Shown here in pieces: positions 10,370 to 21,097 of a DNA stretch of 64,000 nt (the stretch's first letter is position 1; the number at the start of each line of letters is the position of its first letter). Origin of the DNA: an uncultured Gemmatimonadales bacterium (GTDB lineage: Bacteria; Gemmatimonadota; Gemmatimonadetes; Gemmatimonadales; GWC2-71-9); assembly GCA_963821525.1 (NCBI GenBank), contig CAWGED010000010.1, positions 96,001 to 160,000 of the forward strand. Direction: 5' to 3'. The notes beneath the pieces are model-generated. The model ran no database searches. It saw nothing but the letters and a program-made list of their open reading frames with translations, and had not been told where the DNA came from. The position numbers and the translations under genes are program-made.

Positions 10370-10389
10370 GGCAGCCTCTCACGCAGACC

Positions 10390-11019
<630 letters not shown>

Positions 11020-11039
11020 ATCGACCTCCACCGGTCGCC

Positions 11040-11641
11040 TCAGAGCCGCAGGACCAGGATCGGCAGGAGATAGAGCCACAGCAGGTCCATGAAGTGCCAG
11101 TACAGCGCCGTCGCCCCCAGCGGCTGATCGGGGGGATCCCCGACCCTGCTGCGCCGGATCCGATGCAGCATGTATCCCAGCGCCACGATGCCACCCAGGA
11201 GATGCAGCGCGTGGAGCACCGTGAATACATAGAAGAACGAGCTAGGTCGGGCTGGTGGCCAGGTAGAGTCCCTGGCGTCACGAGGCTCCGCCAGGCCAGG
11301 ATTTGCCCCCCGAGGAACACCAGGCCCAGCGCGAGGGTGAGATCGAGCCACCCGAGGCCTTGGGGCCGGCCCAGGGCGGAAGCGCTGTCGCTTGCGGCCT
11401 CGAGCCAGCTCCACCGGACCCGCGACGTGCCCAGCCGAAGCGTGACGCTGCTGAGCAGCAGGACCAGCGTGTTCGCGTAGATCAGCGGGGGCAGCCGGAT
11501 ATGCTGCCAATCCGCCGCGGCTCCCTGTCGCATCACCATGGCGCTGGTATAGGCGGCGAAGGACATGGTGATGGCCGCGATGCCGACCCAGACGCCGGTG
11601 CGGGTCGGAGAGAGCGGACGGCGCATCCCGAGGGTGCTCAC
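11040..11641 (-). CDS. coxC: cytochrome c oxidase subunit III (copy 1, frameshifted)
   Basis: NTLVLLLSS, FFYVFTVLHALH, YWHFMDLLW spread over frames; GTGA overlap with coxA. Confidence 0.85.
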
Positions 11642-13460
11642 CTCACGGCCTCGCGGCAGGGCTTCGGCCGAGTCCTGCATGACGTAGTCGCCGCTCGCTC
11701 CCGCGACGCCGTACTCGTTGGGGCCGTGATGCACCACCGGATGCTGACCGCCGAAGTTGTCGAACGGCGGCGGCGAGCGGCACCGACCACTCCAGCGAGG
11801 TGGCCTGCCAGGGATTGTCCGGGCGCCGGGGCGCCCCGGAATCGGCTCCAGATCAGGTTGAAGAAGAAGATCAGCTGCACGGCGCCGGTGAACAGCGCCG
11901 CGATGGTGATGAACCGGTGCAGCGGGAGCGATCCCTTCATGTAGTCGTCGGTGAATGCGGCAGTAGCGCCGGACGTTGCCGGCAAGCCCCAGGTAGTGCA
12001 TCGGCATGAAGATGCAGTAGACCCCGATGAGGGTGAGCGAAGAAATGCAACTTGCCCAGCGTTTCGTTCATCATCCGGCCGTACATCTTCGGGAACCAGA
12101 AGTAGGTCCCGGCGAAGATGCCGAACATGGAGGCCACGCCCATCACGAAGTGGAAATGCCCGACCACGAAATAGGTCCCATGCAGGTAGGTGTCGATGGA
12201 CGGCTGCGCCAGGAAGAAGCCGCTGATGCCTCCGCTGACGAACACCGAGATGAAGCCCAGGCAGAAGAGCCCGGCCGACGTGAAACGGAACCGGCTGCCA
12301 TAGACCGTCCCGATCCACAACAGCGTGACGATGGTGGCCGGGATCGTGATGATCAGCGTGGGCACCGAGAACAGCGTGGCCGAGAGCGGGTTCATCCCGC
12401 TCAAGAACATGTGGTGACCCCACACGGTGTAGCTCAGGAAGCCGATCGCGACCATGCAGGCCACGACGACCTTCGGCCCCAGGAGCGGCTTGCGCGCGAA
12501 CGCCGGGAGGATATGGGAGATGATGCCGAAGCCGGGCAGGATCGCGATGTACACCTCCGGATGCCCGAAGAACCAGAACAAGTGCTGCCATGAGCAGCGG
12601 CGACCCGCCGGAGTGCGGCTGCAGCCGGTCGCTGATGACCAGCCCGGCGGGGATGAAGAAGCTGGTGCCGGCCACCCGATCGAGGATCAGGAGAATGCAG
12701 GCGGGGAGCAGCACGGAGAAGGCGATCAGCCCGATGACCGACGGTGATGAACCAGGCCCAGGTGGACGAACGGCATCCGGGAGAGCGTCATGCCCCTTGG
12801 TCCGCAGGTCCAGCGTCGTCGCGATGAAGTTGAGCGCGCCCAGCAGCTGACCCACACAGAAGATCGCGATCGACACCGCCCAGAGCGTCTGCCCCAGCCC
12901 CTGCCCCGGGCCGGCGTCCTTGCCCACCGCGCTGAGCGGGGCGTAGGCGGTCCAGCCGGAGAGCGCGGGCCCCGTCCGGCACGAAGAAGGAGGCGATCAG
13001 CACCAGGAAGGCCAGGAACGTGACCCAGAACGACATCATGTTGAAGCGGGGGAACGCCATGTCCTCCGCGCCGACCTGAATCGGCAGGACGAAATTCCCG
13101 AAGCCGGCGAACGGCGCGGTGGTGAGGACGAAGAACACCATGATCGTGCCGTGCATCGTCATGAGCGACAGGTACAGCTCCGGCGTCATGACGCCGCCCG
13201 GAGCTCGAGTCGGCGCAATTGCCCCGAGCCCCGGCAGCGGCGCGGTCGGGAACCCAAGGTGGAAGCGCATCAGCCAGGACAGGACCATGCCGGTCAGCAC
13301 CGCCACCAGCGCGAGGTCGAGATACTGCTTGCCGATGACCTTGTGATCGAGGCTGAAGACATGCGTCCGCAGGAAGCCCTGCGGCGGCACATGCTTCAGC
13401 TCGGCGATCGTCCGACGTGACGCGGCGCCCGGATGGAGCGTGCACCGGCGTTTCAGGCAT
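11638..13460 (-). CDS. coxA: heme-copper oxidase subunit I, A1-type motif (several frameshifts)
   Basis: DHKVIG, MHGTIM, DMAFPRFN, GWTAYAPLS, FGHPEVY, WGHHM, GHFH, RRY recovered across frames. Confidence 0.95.
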
Positions 13461-13480
13461 GGGATTGGCCTCTCATCGAC

Positions 13481-14285
13481 TCACTGTTGCGCCGCCTGGT
13501 CCGTGAGCCACTGCTCGAACTGCTCCTGCGGCATCACCTCGAGGTATGCCCGCATGTTGTAGTGCCCCAGCCCGCAGAGCTGGGTGCAGACGATCTCCTG
13601 CTTGACCGCCTGCGTCGCGGTGAAATGAATGGGAATCACCAGGCCGGGGACGAAATCCTGCTGCATCCGCAGGTCGGGGACGTAGAAGGCGTGCCCCACG
13701 TCCTTGGAGTGCAGGGTGAGCAGCACCTCGCCGGTTGAGCGGGACGGCGAGGCGTGGCCGAGACGATGTCGTCCCGGGCGGTGGTATCGTTCGCCGGATC
13801 CAGCCCGAAGAAGTTGTAGTTGGCTTCGTCGATCAGTTCGGGGTGCACCGCACCGAACTTGCCGTCGGGCCCCGGATAGCGGAAATAGTAGGCGAACTGC
13901 TCCGCCTGCACGTCGATCCGGAGCGCATCGGCACCCGGAGGAGACAGGTAGATCTGCGCCCAGACCCGGGTACCGACCAGCGACAGGACCAGGATCTCGA
14001 TGCCGACCAGGACCGAGGCCAGGACCACCATCGGCGTGGCCCCGCCGGGGAAGATCTTGATCGCCCGCGCGCTTCCCGGTCGCCGTACTGCCAGGCGAAC
14101 AGTGCCAGCGCCAGCTGGGACGTCACGAAGAGAACCCCGGACGCGATCATGGTCTCGGAGAGCTGGTGATCGATCCCAGCCCCGAGCACCGAGATGTCGG
14201 GAGGAAGCCACCACCGCCGGGAGAGGAAGATGGCGGTCGACACCAGCGTGATGACCGCTACAACGCCGGCGAACAGTTTTCCCAT
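13481..14285 (-). CDS. coxB: cytochrome c oxidase subunit II, CuA (frameshifted)
   Basis: Two TM helices, EQFAYYFRY, DVGHAF, CTQLCGLGHYNM. Confidence 0.92.
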
Positions 14286-14328
14286 GACGCCCGCCTTCGG
14301 TGACTACGGTGACAGAGCGCGCCTCTGC

Positions 14329-15049
14329 TTAGTAGGGCGTCGCCTTGAGGACGAAGTTGGCGGTCGCCGACTCCGTTCCGGACAGGGTGACCTCCTGACT
14401 CTGGGTCCCGAACCGCTCGTGCCACGCGGTCACGGTGTATTTCCCCGGCGGCAGCCCCTTCAGGCTGAACGTGCCGTCGTTCCCGGTCACGGCGTAGTTC
14501 GAGGTGGCCAAGCACCACGAAATAGCCGTGCATCCACGGATGGACGTTGCACTTCACGGCGATGAACTCCGGCTTCTCGTAGGTCGCCTTGATCGTCGGG
14601 GAGCCCGGCGGTTGCGACTTGTTCCACTCGGGGTTGACCTTGGCGAGCGGATGGATGTTGTGGGACGTCTGGTCGTCGTTATAGATCTCCAGGGGCTGCG
14701 CCACCTGCAGCGCGGCGACGTGCGGGATGTACTCGCAGCCTTTCTGGTCGTAACGCACGGGCGTGGCGGGAGCCGGGGCAGGCTGATCCCCCGCCGAGAT
14801 ATAGACCACCGCCCATTGGACCGTGTTGCCCGGCCCGGTGACGGCGCTCTCGGTCATCACCGGGGTGGGGTGTTGGGCGGCGCAGGAGGGCTCCTTCGCC
14901 ATATCGATGGGCCGCATCTTGGGCGGCGTGCCGGTGAAGGTCACGGTGCCACTGATCGCGCCGGCGCTCCGCCCCGGTGCGCCAGCCGCGCCGGTAAGAG
15001 TCGTGGAGGCGGCGATCAGGCCGAGTGCAGCAAGGTGCTTGGTACGCAT
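14329..15049 (-). CDS. secreted cupredoxin / carboxypeptidase-regulatory-like domain protein (frameshift ~14510)
   Basis: Signal peptide; DQKGCEYIPHV, HNIH, CNVHPWM; C-terminal GTFSLKGLPPGKYTVTAWHE. Confidence 0.85.
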
Positions 15050-15084
15050 TGTGACATCGTCCTGCAAGAGGTGATGAAATCTCC

Positions 15085-15931
15085 CTACTGCCCCAGGGGC
15101 TGCCCGATGGGAGTCAACTCCTTGCCGTGCTCCGGCAGCCAGGCGTTCCACAGGGCCGCCTCGGGGGTGTCGAGCGGCTGCAGGGTGCGGAGGAAGTGCA
15201 CCAGGTCCCACGCGTCCTGCGGCTGGATGTTGTCGGCGAATGACGGCATCGGGGTCCCATCCAGGCCGGTCATGAAGATCCGGTAGAGATCCTCGTTGGT
15301 TTCCCCGCACTTGAACCGCGAGCCGCTGGTGAAGTTGTAAGGGCGAATCGGGTTGTCCTTGCTGTCGGTCAGGGTGGAGGCCGACGGGCCATCGCCGTGG
15401 CCGGCGGGGCCGTGGCACTTCCAGCATTCCATCTTCTGGAATAGCTCGCGCCCATGGAGAATGCTTTCCATGGTAGCCGGGGTCTCCGGCGGAATGGTGA
15501 TCGGGGTTCCGGGCGACTCGGTGGTCCAGCGGGGGGAGAACGTCTTGATGTAGGCCACCAGATCCACCCGGGTCTGCTTGGTCAGCGGTCGCCAGGACGG
15601 CATGTTGGTGGTGACGAACCCGCGGGTCACGGCGCGGTACAGGTCGTCGTCGGTCGGCAGCGTGCCCGTCGGCGTCGAACGGCACTTGAAGACGGCCGCG
15701 GTGAAGTCCCGCGGCTTGGGGTCGATCCACATCGCGTTCTCCCCGGCCCCGTCTCCGGCCGGCCCATGACAAACGATGCAGTAGCGACGGTAACTGCTTC
15801 TTGCCCGCCGCGGCGTTGCCGTGCACGCCGTCGATCTGGGTTTCCTGTGCCGCGAGCGATGCCGCCCCCGATGCCATCAGGAGCAGGCATAGGCCCGAGG
15901 TGAACGCCATCCATTCGATTCTGATCCTCAT
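15085..15931 (-). CDS. periplasmic diheme class I cytochrome c (frameshift ~15792)
   Basis: Signal peptide; CIVCH (upstream of the track ORF start) and CWKCH; distal NMP and PMP; AGGAGG RBS. Confidence 0.9.
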
Positions 15932-15945
15932 GGGAGGCCTCCTGC

Positions 15946-17466
15946 TCAGAAGTCGAAGTCGAGTGCGAAGAGCACGCTGGTGCTCCGCACGACGGTGTTG
16001 GTGGAGAGCGGGGGGATACCCACACCGTCGCCGCTCAGGGGGACAGTACCGGTGGTCTTGGTGATGGACACCTCGCCCAGGAACGCGAGGCCGGCACGGC
16101 TGAACATGATCGGGTACCAGCGGTACCCGAAGGTGAACGCGTCGACGTTGCCCAGGTCGCTCGGCGTTGCCGGATCTGCCTGTTGCTGCATCCGAACCAG
16201 CTCGCTCCGCTGCACGAACATGAACTGGGGATTGACGTAGTAGTGCAGCTCCAGGAGGTAACCATTCCATGATCGGATCCTGGGTACCCCCCGCCAGCAC
16301 CTGGTCGTCAGACCCATGCATGTAGAGCGGCAGCAACTCGAGGTTTCCCGAAGAAGAAGTCGCCCACCGCGCCGACCCGATAGAACGACTTGTTATCGGT
16401 GCCGGTGCCGGGCACCGGGTCCACGCCGCCGTTGACGGTCTCGAAACTCGTGGGCCGGTACCCGAGGTACCCGAAGACCCCGATGCGCTGGAGCCCGAGC
16501 TTGCCGACGTCGAAGGCCTGGCTGAGGGTGACCGAGCCATCGTAAGTCTTCCCCTGGGGCAGGCCTGGAGCGCCGTCGACCCCACTCAGGATCGCGACGC
16601 TCGCGCGACTGTAGCTGTTCGGTTGATGGCCCAGCCACTCCGACGCCGATCTGGTTGTCCCCCAGACCGAAGGTCGTCCCGTCTCCCACCGGCAGGAAGT
16701 GATAGCTCTGGTAGAACGAGCCGTTATTGGAGAGCGTGATGATGCGCTTCTCCGAGAGCATGTTGTCCAGCTCGAACTTGCCGATCTTGAGATTGGCCCA
16801 GGAGGACTTGAACAGATTGTCGAAGCGCACGAACGCCGCCTCGATCCCGACCCCTTCGCCATCCTCGAAGGTCGGCACGAACCCGAAGGTGATGTTCTTG
16901 TAGAGCGTACCCAGCATCAGCAGATCGGCGCCGGAGATGTCGAATCCCGCCTGGGTGATCGTCTTCGCTTCCGTGCCGCCGGCACCGTCATCCACCGGCT
17001 GATCGGTGGTCTCTTCCAGATGCCAGCCTGGCGTGGTACGGATCGCGACCGGCCAATACGATGGGTTGACCCAGATAGGCGAGTCGCGATCGTTGCCGAG
17101 CTGATAGCCCCGGTCCTTGAACGCCTGGCCGAACGCGTTCAGCTCGGGCCAGGCCGTGTGGCAGGCCGAGCAGGCGAGGTTGTACTTCCGGGCGAAGGCT
17201 GGAATCGCGGCCGCCGCATGGGAAGCCAGAGTGAATGCCGAGAGATGTGCGACGCTGGAAACCTCCGCCGCAACTCCGTTCCGAGCAGTGATGTAGGATT
17301 CGTAGTTCGGCCGGAGTGCACCGGCCGTTGCCCCGTCGAACCCGGGGGTGGGCGCAACCACGGTTGCCCAACCTCCCGAGGCTACCCCCAGGGCCAGACT
17401 ACCTGCGATCAGTACCGACCTGAACCAACCTTTCTCGCTCCCACGCTTTGTGCACGAGTGATTCAT
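15946..17466 (-). CDS. cyc2: Cyc2-like fused monoheme cytochrome-porin (about 3 frameshifts)
   Basis: IPAFARKYNLACSACHTAWPELNAFGQAFKDRGY matches the Cyc2 N-terminal signature; beta-rich body; C-terminal ALDFDF. Confidence 0.8.
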
Positions 17467-18052
17467 ACCGCCTCCTGGGTCGTGCGGTACCGGAAGGGCC
17501 TTCAGACGCTAACGCATAGAACGGACGATGCCTCACCGAAAAATGAGGCTGGCGGGACTACGGGAGAATCCGACAGATGCCCGATTCGAAACCGGAGGGT
17601 GTCGGCAAGAGTGCGGTTTGAGCCATGCCCCGATGGGCGCAGCTCAGGATTGAGGCGGTTCCGAACTTAGGCTCCGCCCTGAGGATCGGCTGGAGGAGTG
17701 CATTCATTCCAATATCACCCGCCATGACATAGCAACTACCCTCCGCTCTGTCAAGCACCGCTCTGCTCAGTTCATGAATCACACCTTATGATTTCGAGAA
17801 TCGGCATCGTATCAAAAGAGTGCCAATTTGTCCCAATGCCGACGCGCCTGGTTTGACCAAGCTGACAGCCGGTCCATGGTTGAGCGACTCTCCTCCAGCA
17901 CCATGCGAGACTTCCTTTCCTATCTTCTGGCGTCTTATCGGGACCAACGCATGGACTCGGCGCGGCGCACACATTTTCCTTGTGCGGCGTTCGATAGGTG
18001 ATAGCTTACCCGGATTCCCGCGCACCACAGATCCGAGACTGGAGGACCGTTT

Positions 18053-18499
18053 ATGACCCGTCGTATCGCAATGGGCCTTGTCGCGACTGGCCCTCGCGTT
18101 GCCGCTTCCTGCGTTGGCCCAGGCGGCGCCGTGACCTTCGTGCCCAAATCGCCAAGATGGACCAGGCCTGGCAGACCGCGTACAACGCGGGAGATGCCGC
18201 TGGCGTCTCGGCGCTTTACGCGCCGGACGCCAAAGTCATGGCACCTGGAGCCGAGACGGCCTCCGGCGCTGCGGCCATCAAGTCTTTCTTCGCAGCGGAT
18301 ATCGCCAAGGGCGCTAAGAATACGCTGACCACCGGTGAAGTCGATCGGTTACGGGGACTTCGCCACCGCGACGGGGGGCTGGGTGGCCCAGGGTGCCGAC
18401 GGCAAGCATCTGGACCACGGCACGTACATGACCCTCTATAAGAAGGTGGACGGTGCCTGGAAGATCTACCGAGACACCTGGAACAGCAGCATGCACTAG
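18053..18499 (+). CDS. SnoaL/DUF4440 (NTF2-like) protein (frameshifted)
   Basis: AYNAGDAAGVSALYAPDA...GTYMTLYKKVDGAWKIYRDTWNS; GGAGG RBS. Confidence 0.75.
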
Positions 18500-18691
18500 A
18501 TCGGTGCGGAGGGCGGGGTCCAGCCAGAGGATGACCACGGCCGCCTCAAGCCGTCGGGCCTGGCTGGGCCTACCGTTTCGAGCTAAACGTCGCCACCGCA
18601 AGGTTGCCATCCTCGACGGCTTCATCCCCGAGCCGGACATTCGGGAAAGATTTAGCAGCACCGTCCAGGCCTCCGTCCGGAGAAACTGCAA

Positions 18692-19909
18692 GTGAAATCG
18701 TGGACCTCACAGCCAGGGGAAGCTTCGACTGCGCCCCCGGATCCACAGGAGTTCTCCCTCGTTCTGGGCGGGCCGCTCTTCCAGCTGCTGCGTCGGGCCC
18801 ACCTGTCCGACGATGCACTGATGCTGGTGCGCCAGCGCATCATCGTCATCACACTGGTCGTCTGGGTGCCGCTCCTGGTGCTGTCGGCGGTGGAAGGACA
18901 GCTATTGCGCGGGAAGGCGACAATACCGTTCCTGCTGGACCTGGAAGTTCAGGTCCGCTTCCTGGTGGCGCTGCCGCTGCTGATCGCTTCCGAGCTGGTG
19001 GTGCACCACCGCCTGGGTACCGTGGTGAAGGTGTTCCTGGAACGCCATTTGATTCCCGACACCGGGAAGGCGCGATTCGATGCCGCCATCACATCGGCGT
19101 TTCGGCTCCGCAATTCGATGATCGCCGAGCTGCTACTGGTCGTCTTGGTGTATGGTGTCGGTGTCCTGATCGTCTGGCGCCAGTACATGGCGCTCGACAC
19201 CAGCACCTGGTACGCGATGCCAGTTGGTGACCGTTCGAGGCTTTCCCTCGCCGGGACATGGTTTGGCTACGTGAGCCTGCCGATCTTCCAGTTCCTGCTG
19301 TGCCGCTGGTATTTCAGACTCTTCATCTGGATACGGTTTCTCTGGCAGGTCTCCCGGATCAAGTTGCGACTGCTTCCCGCTCATCCCGATCGCCTCGGCG
19401 GCCTGGGATTTCTTTCCAACACGGTATACGCCTTCGAGCTGCTCGCGGTAGCGCACGGTGCCATGCTTGCCGGAGCGCTCGCCAACCGCATTCTCTTTCT
19501 GGGAGCGAAACTCCCTCAATTCAAATTCGAGATCGGCTCCCTGGTCCTCTTCATGCTCTGCGTGATCGTGGGGCCGCTGCTGGTCTTTGTCCCTCAGCTG
19601 GCTCAGACGAGGCGGACGGGCCTTCGGGAATATGGCACCCTGGCGGAGCGGTACGTGCGCGAGTTCGATACTAAATGGCTGCGCGCTGGCGCGCCGGCCG
19701 AGGAGCCATTGGTGGGTAGCGCCGACATCCAGTCGCTGGCCGATCTTAGTAACAGTTTCGAGGTGGTGGCGACCATGCGCCTGGCGCCCGTTACCAGAGG
19801 GACCATCCTGCAGACCGTGGTCGCCACACTCGCGCCGGTGGTGCCGCTGGCACTCACCATGATGCCATTGGAAGCGCTGCTGAAGACGCTGCTCGGCCTG
19901 CTCTTTTAG
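18692..19909 (+). CDS. multi-pass membrane hypothetical protein
   Basis: FSLVLGGPLFQ, HPDRLGGLGFL, DIQSLADL; about 7 TM segments. Confidence 0.8.
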   Translation: MKSWTSQPGEASTAPPDPQEFSLVLGGPLFQLLRRAHLSDDALMLVRQRIIVITLVVWVPLLVLSAVEGQLLRGKATIPFLLDLEVQVRFLVALPLLIASELVVHHRLGTVVKVFLERHLIPDTGKARFDAAITSAFRLRNSMIAELLLVVLVYGVGVLIVWRQYMALDTSTWYAMPVGDRSRLSLAGTWFGYVSLPIFQFLLCRWYFRLFIWIRFLWQVSRIKLRLLPAHPDRLGGLGFLSNTVYAFELLAVAHGAMLAGALANRILFLGAKLPQFKFEIGSLVLFMLCVIVGPLLVFVPQLAQTRRTGLREYGTLAERYVREFDTKWLRAGAPAEEPLVGSADIQSLADLSNSFEVVATMRLAPVTRGTILQTVVATLAPVVPLALTMMPLEALLKTLLGLLF

Positions 19910-19965
19910 AGAACGTACGGCATGCGTGAGCGTGCAGCCGGCGCCGGAACAGGGTGCGATGACCA

Positions 19966-19981
19966 TGGCGCTCGTTATGCA
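19966..19981 (+). promoter_or_regulatory. candidate sigma54 -24/-12 promoter
   Basis: TGGCGCTCGTTATGCA has exact GG-N10-GC spacing, 60 nt before ATG 20041. Confidence 0.3.
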
Positions 19982-20040
19982 ATGGACCATGGATACCCTA
20001 TGACAACTCTTGAGAGCGACGAGCAGGGGAAGGAAGTTCG

Positions 20041-20418
20041 ATGCCTCCTCTAGTCAGAACCGCGGTGCTGTTCATGGTCGCGGCGCTCCTGTTCTATTCC
20101 ATCGGTGTCTGGGCAATCTTCTTCAGGAAGCAGCTTCGCCCCTGGAACGTGGGCCTTCTCTGGCTCGGCTTCCTCTCAGACTCCGCAGGCACTGAACTCA
20201 TGCGCCGGCTGGCTGGCAGCTTTCACTGGAGTCTTCACACGGCCAGCGGCGTTGTGGCCCTGCTGCTGATGTTCCTTCATGCCGTCTGGGCCACCATCGT
20301 GCTCCTCAACCGCTCGACACGCCCGACTGGTAACTTCCATCGGATAAGCCTCACCGTTTGGGCCATCTGGCTGATTCCCTTTATCAGTGGGATGCTTCTG
20401 AGCCGTCACAGGGGTTAG
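20041..20418 (+). CDS. HsmA-like (TIGR03987-type) small membrane protein
   Basis: ALLFYSIGVW, D-x-x-GT, LH...HAVWA, FH; 4 TM with conserved His. Confidence 0.75.
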   Translation: MPPLVRTAVLFMVAALLFYSIGVWAIFFRKQLRPWNVGLLWLGFLSDSAGTELMRRLAGSFHWSLHTASGVVALLLMFLHAVWATIVLLNRSTRPTGNFHRISLTVWAIWLIPFISGMLLSRHRG

Positions 20419-20427
20419 GCTTCTTCC

Positions 20428-21078
20428 ATGACTCAGGGTCGCCCGCAGTCTCGCCGCGAGGAACTCGCCAACGTCGTAACCCACGGCTCGGGGCTCGCGG
20501 CCAGCCTCGTGGGACTCCCGCCGCTCATCTGGGTCGCCAATGCCCATGGGGACGCCTGGCAGATTGTCGCCTGCAGCGTGTTTGCTGCCAGTCTCGTAGT
20601 CCTCTACGGCGCCTCAACGATCTACCACGTGCTGCCGACCTCGCCCGCCAAGCACCTCCTGCGGATCATCGATCACGTGGCGATCTACCTGCTGATTGCA
20701 GGGAGCTACACTCCGTTCACCCTGGGTGTCCTGCGCGGGGCTTGGGGTTGGACTCTGTTTGGCCTGGTCTGGGGTCTGGCCGCCGTCGGAATCCTCCACA
20801 AGACCATCCTGGGCTTTCGCTTCCCACGGCTTTCCACACTGATGTACCTGGCAATGGGCTGGCTTGCGGTGGTGGCCATCGGGCCGCTAGCCCGAGCACT
20901 GCCCGCGGCCGGCCTCACGTTGCTGTTCGCCGGTGGGCTCTGCTATACCGCGGGAGTCGCCTTGTTCGTCCGGGACCATCTCCCTTACCGGCACACCATG
21001 TGGCACCTCTGCGTGCTAGCCGGGAGTGCCTGCCACTACGTGGCCGTTTTGCAATACGCCACCGGCCCTCAGCAGTGA
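20428..21078 (+). CDS. hemolysin III / PAQR family membrane protein
   Basis: EELANVVTH, STIYH, DHVAIYLLIAGSYTPF, HTMWHLCV...H. Confidence 0.92.
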   Translation: MTQGRPQSRREELANVVTHGSGLAASLVGLPPLIWVANAHGDAWQIVACSVFAASLVVLYGASTIYHVLPTSPAKHLLRIIDHVAIYLLIAGSYTPFTLGVLRGAWGWTLFGLVWGLAAVGILHKTILGFRFPRLSTLMYLAMGWLAVVAIGPLARALPAAGLTLLFAGGLCYTAGVALFVRDHLPYRHTMWHLCVLAGSACHYVAVLQYATGPQQ

Positions 21079-21097
21079 CGAAATCCTCACTCCAGGC

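Noticed and set aside
11638..13460. Subunit I as a nitric oxide reductase or B/C-family oxidase
   Set aside because: HPEVY with the Tyr, D-channel residues and subunits III/IV indicate an A-family O2 reductase scaffold.
14258..16585. 775-aa ORF as a single multidomain protein
   Set aside because: Chimera of frameshifted pieces of the porin, cytochrome and cupredoxin genes; internal starts and an RBS are visible.
17811..17827. sigma54 promoter for the cyc2-cox operon (minus strand TTGGCACTCTTTTGAT)
   Set aside because: Spacing is one nt short and it has GA instead of GC at -12.
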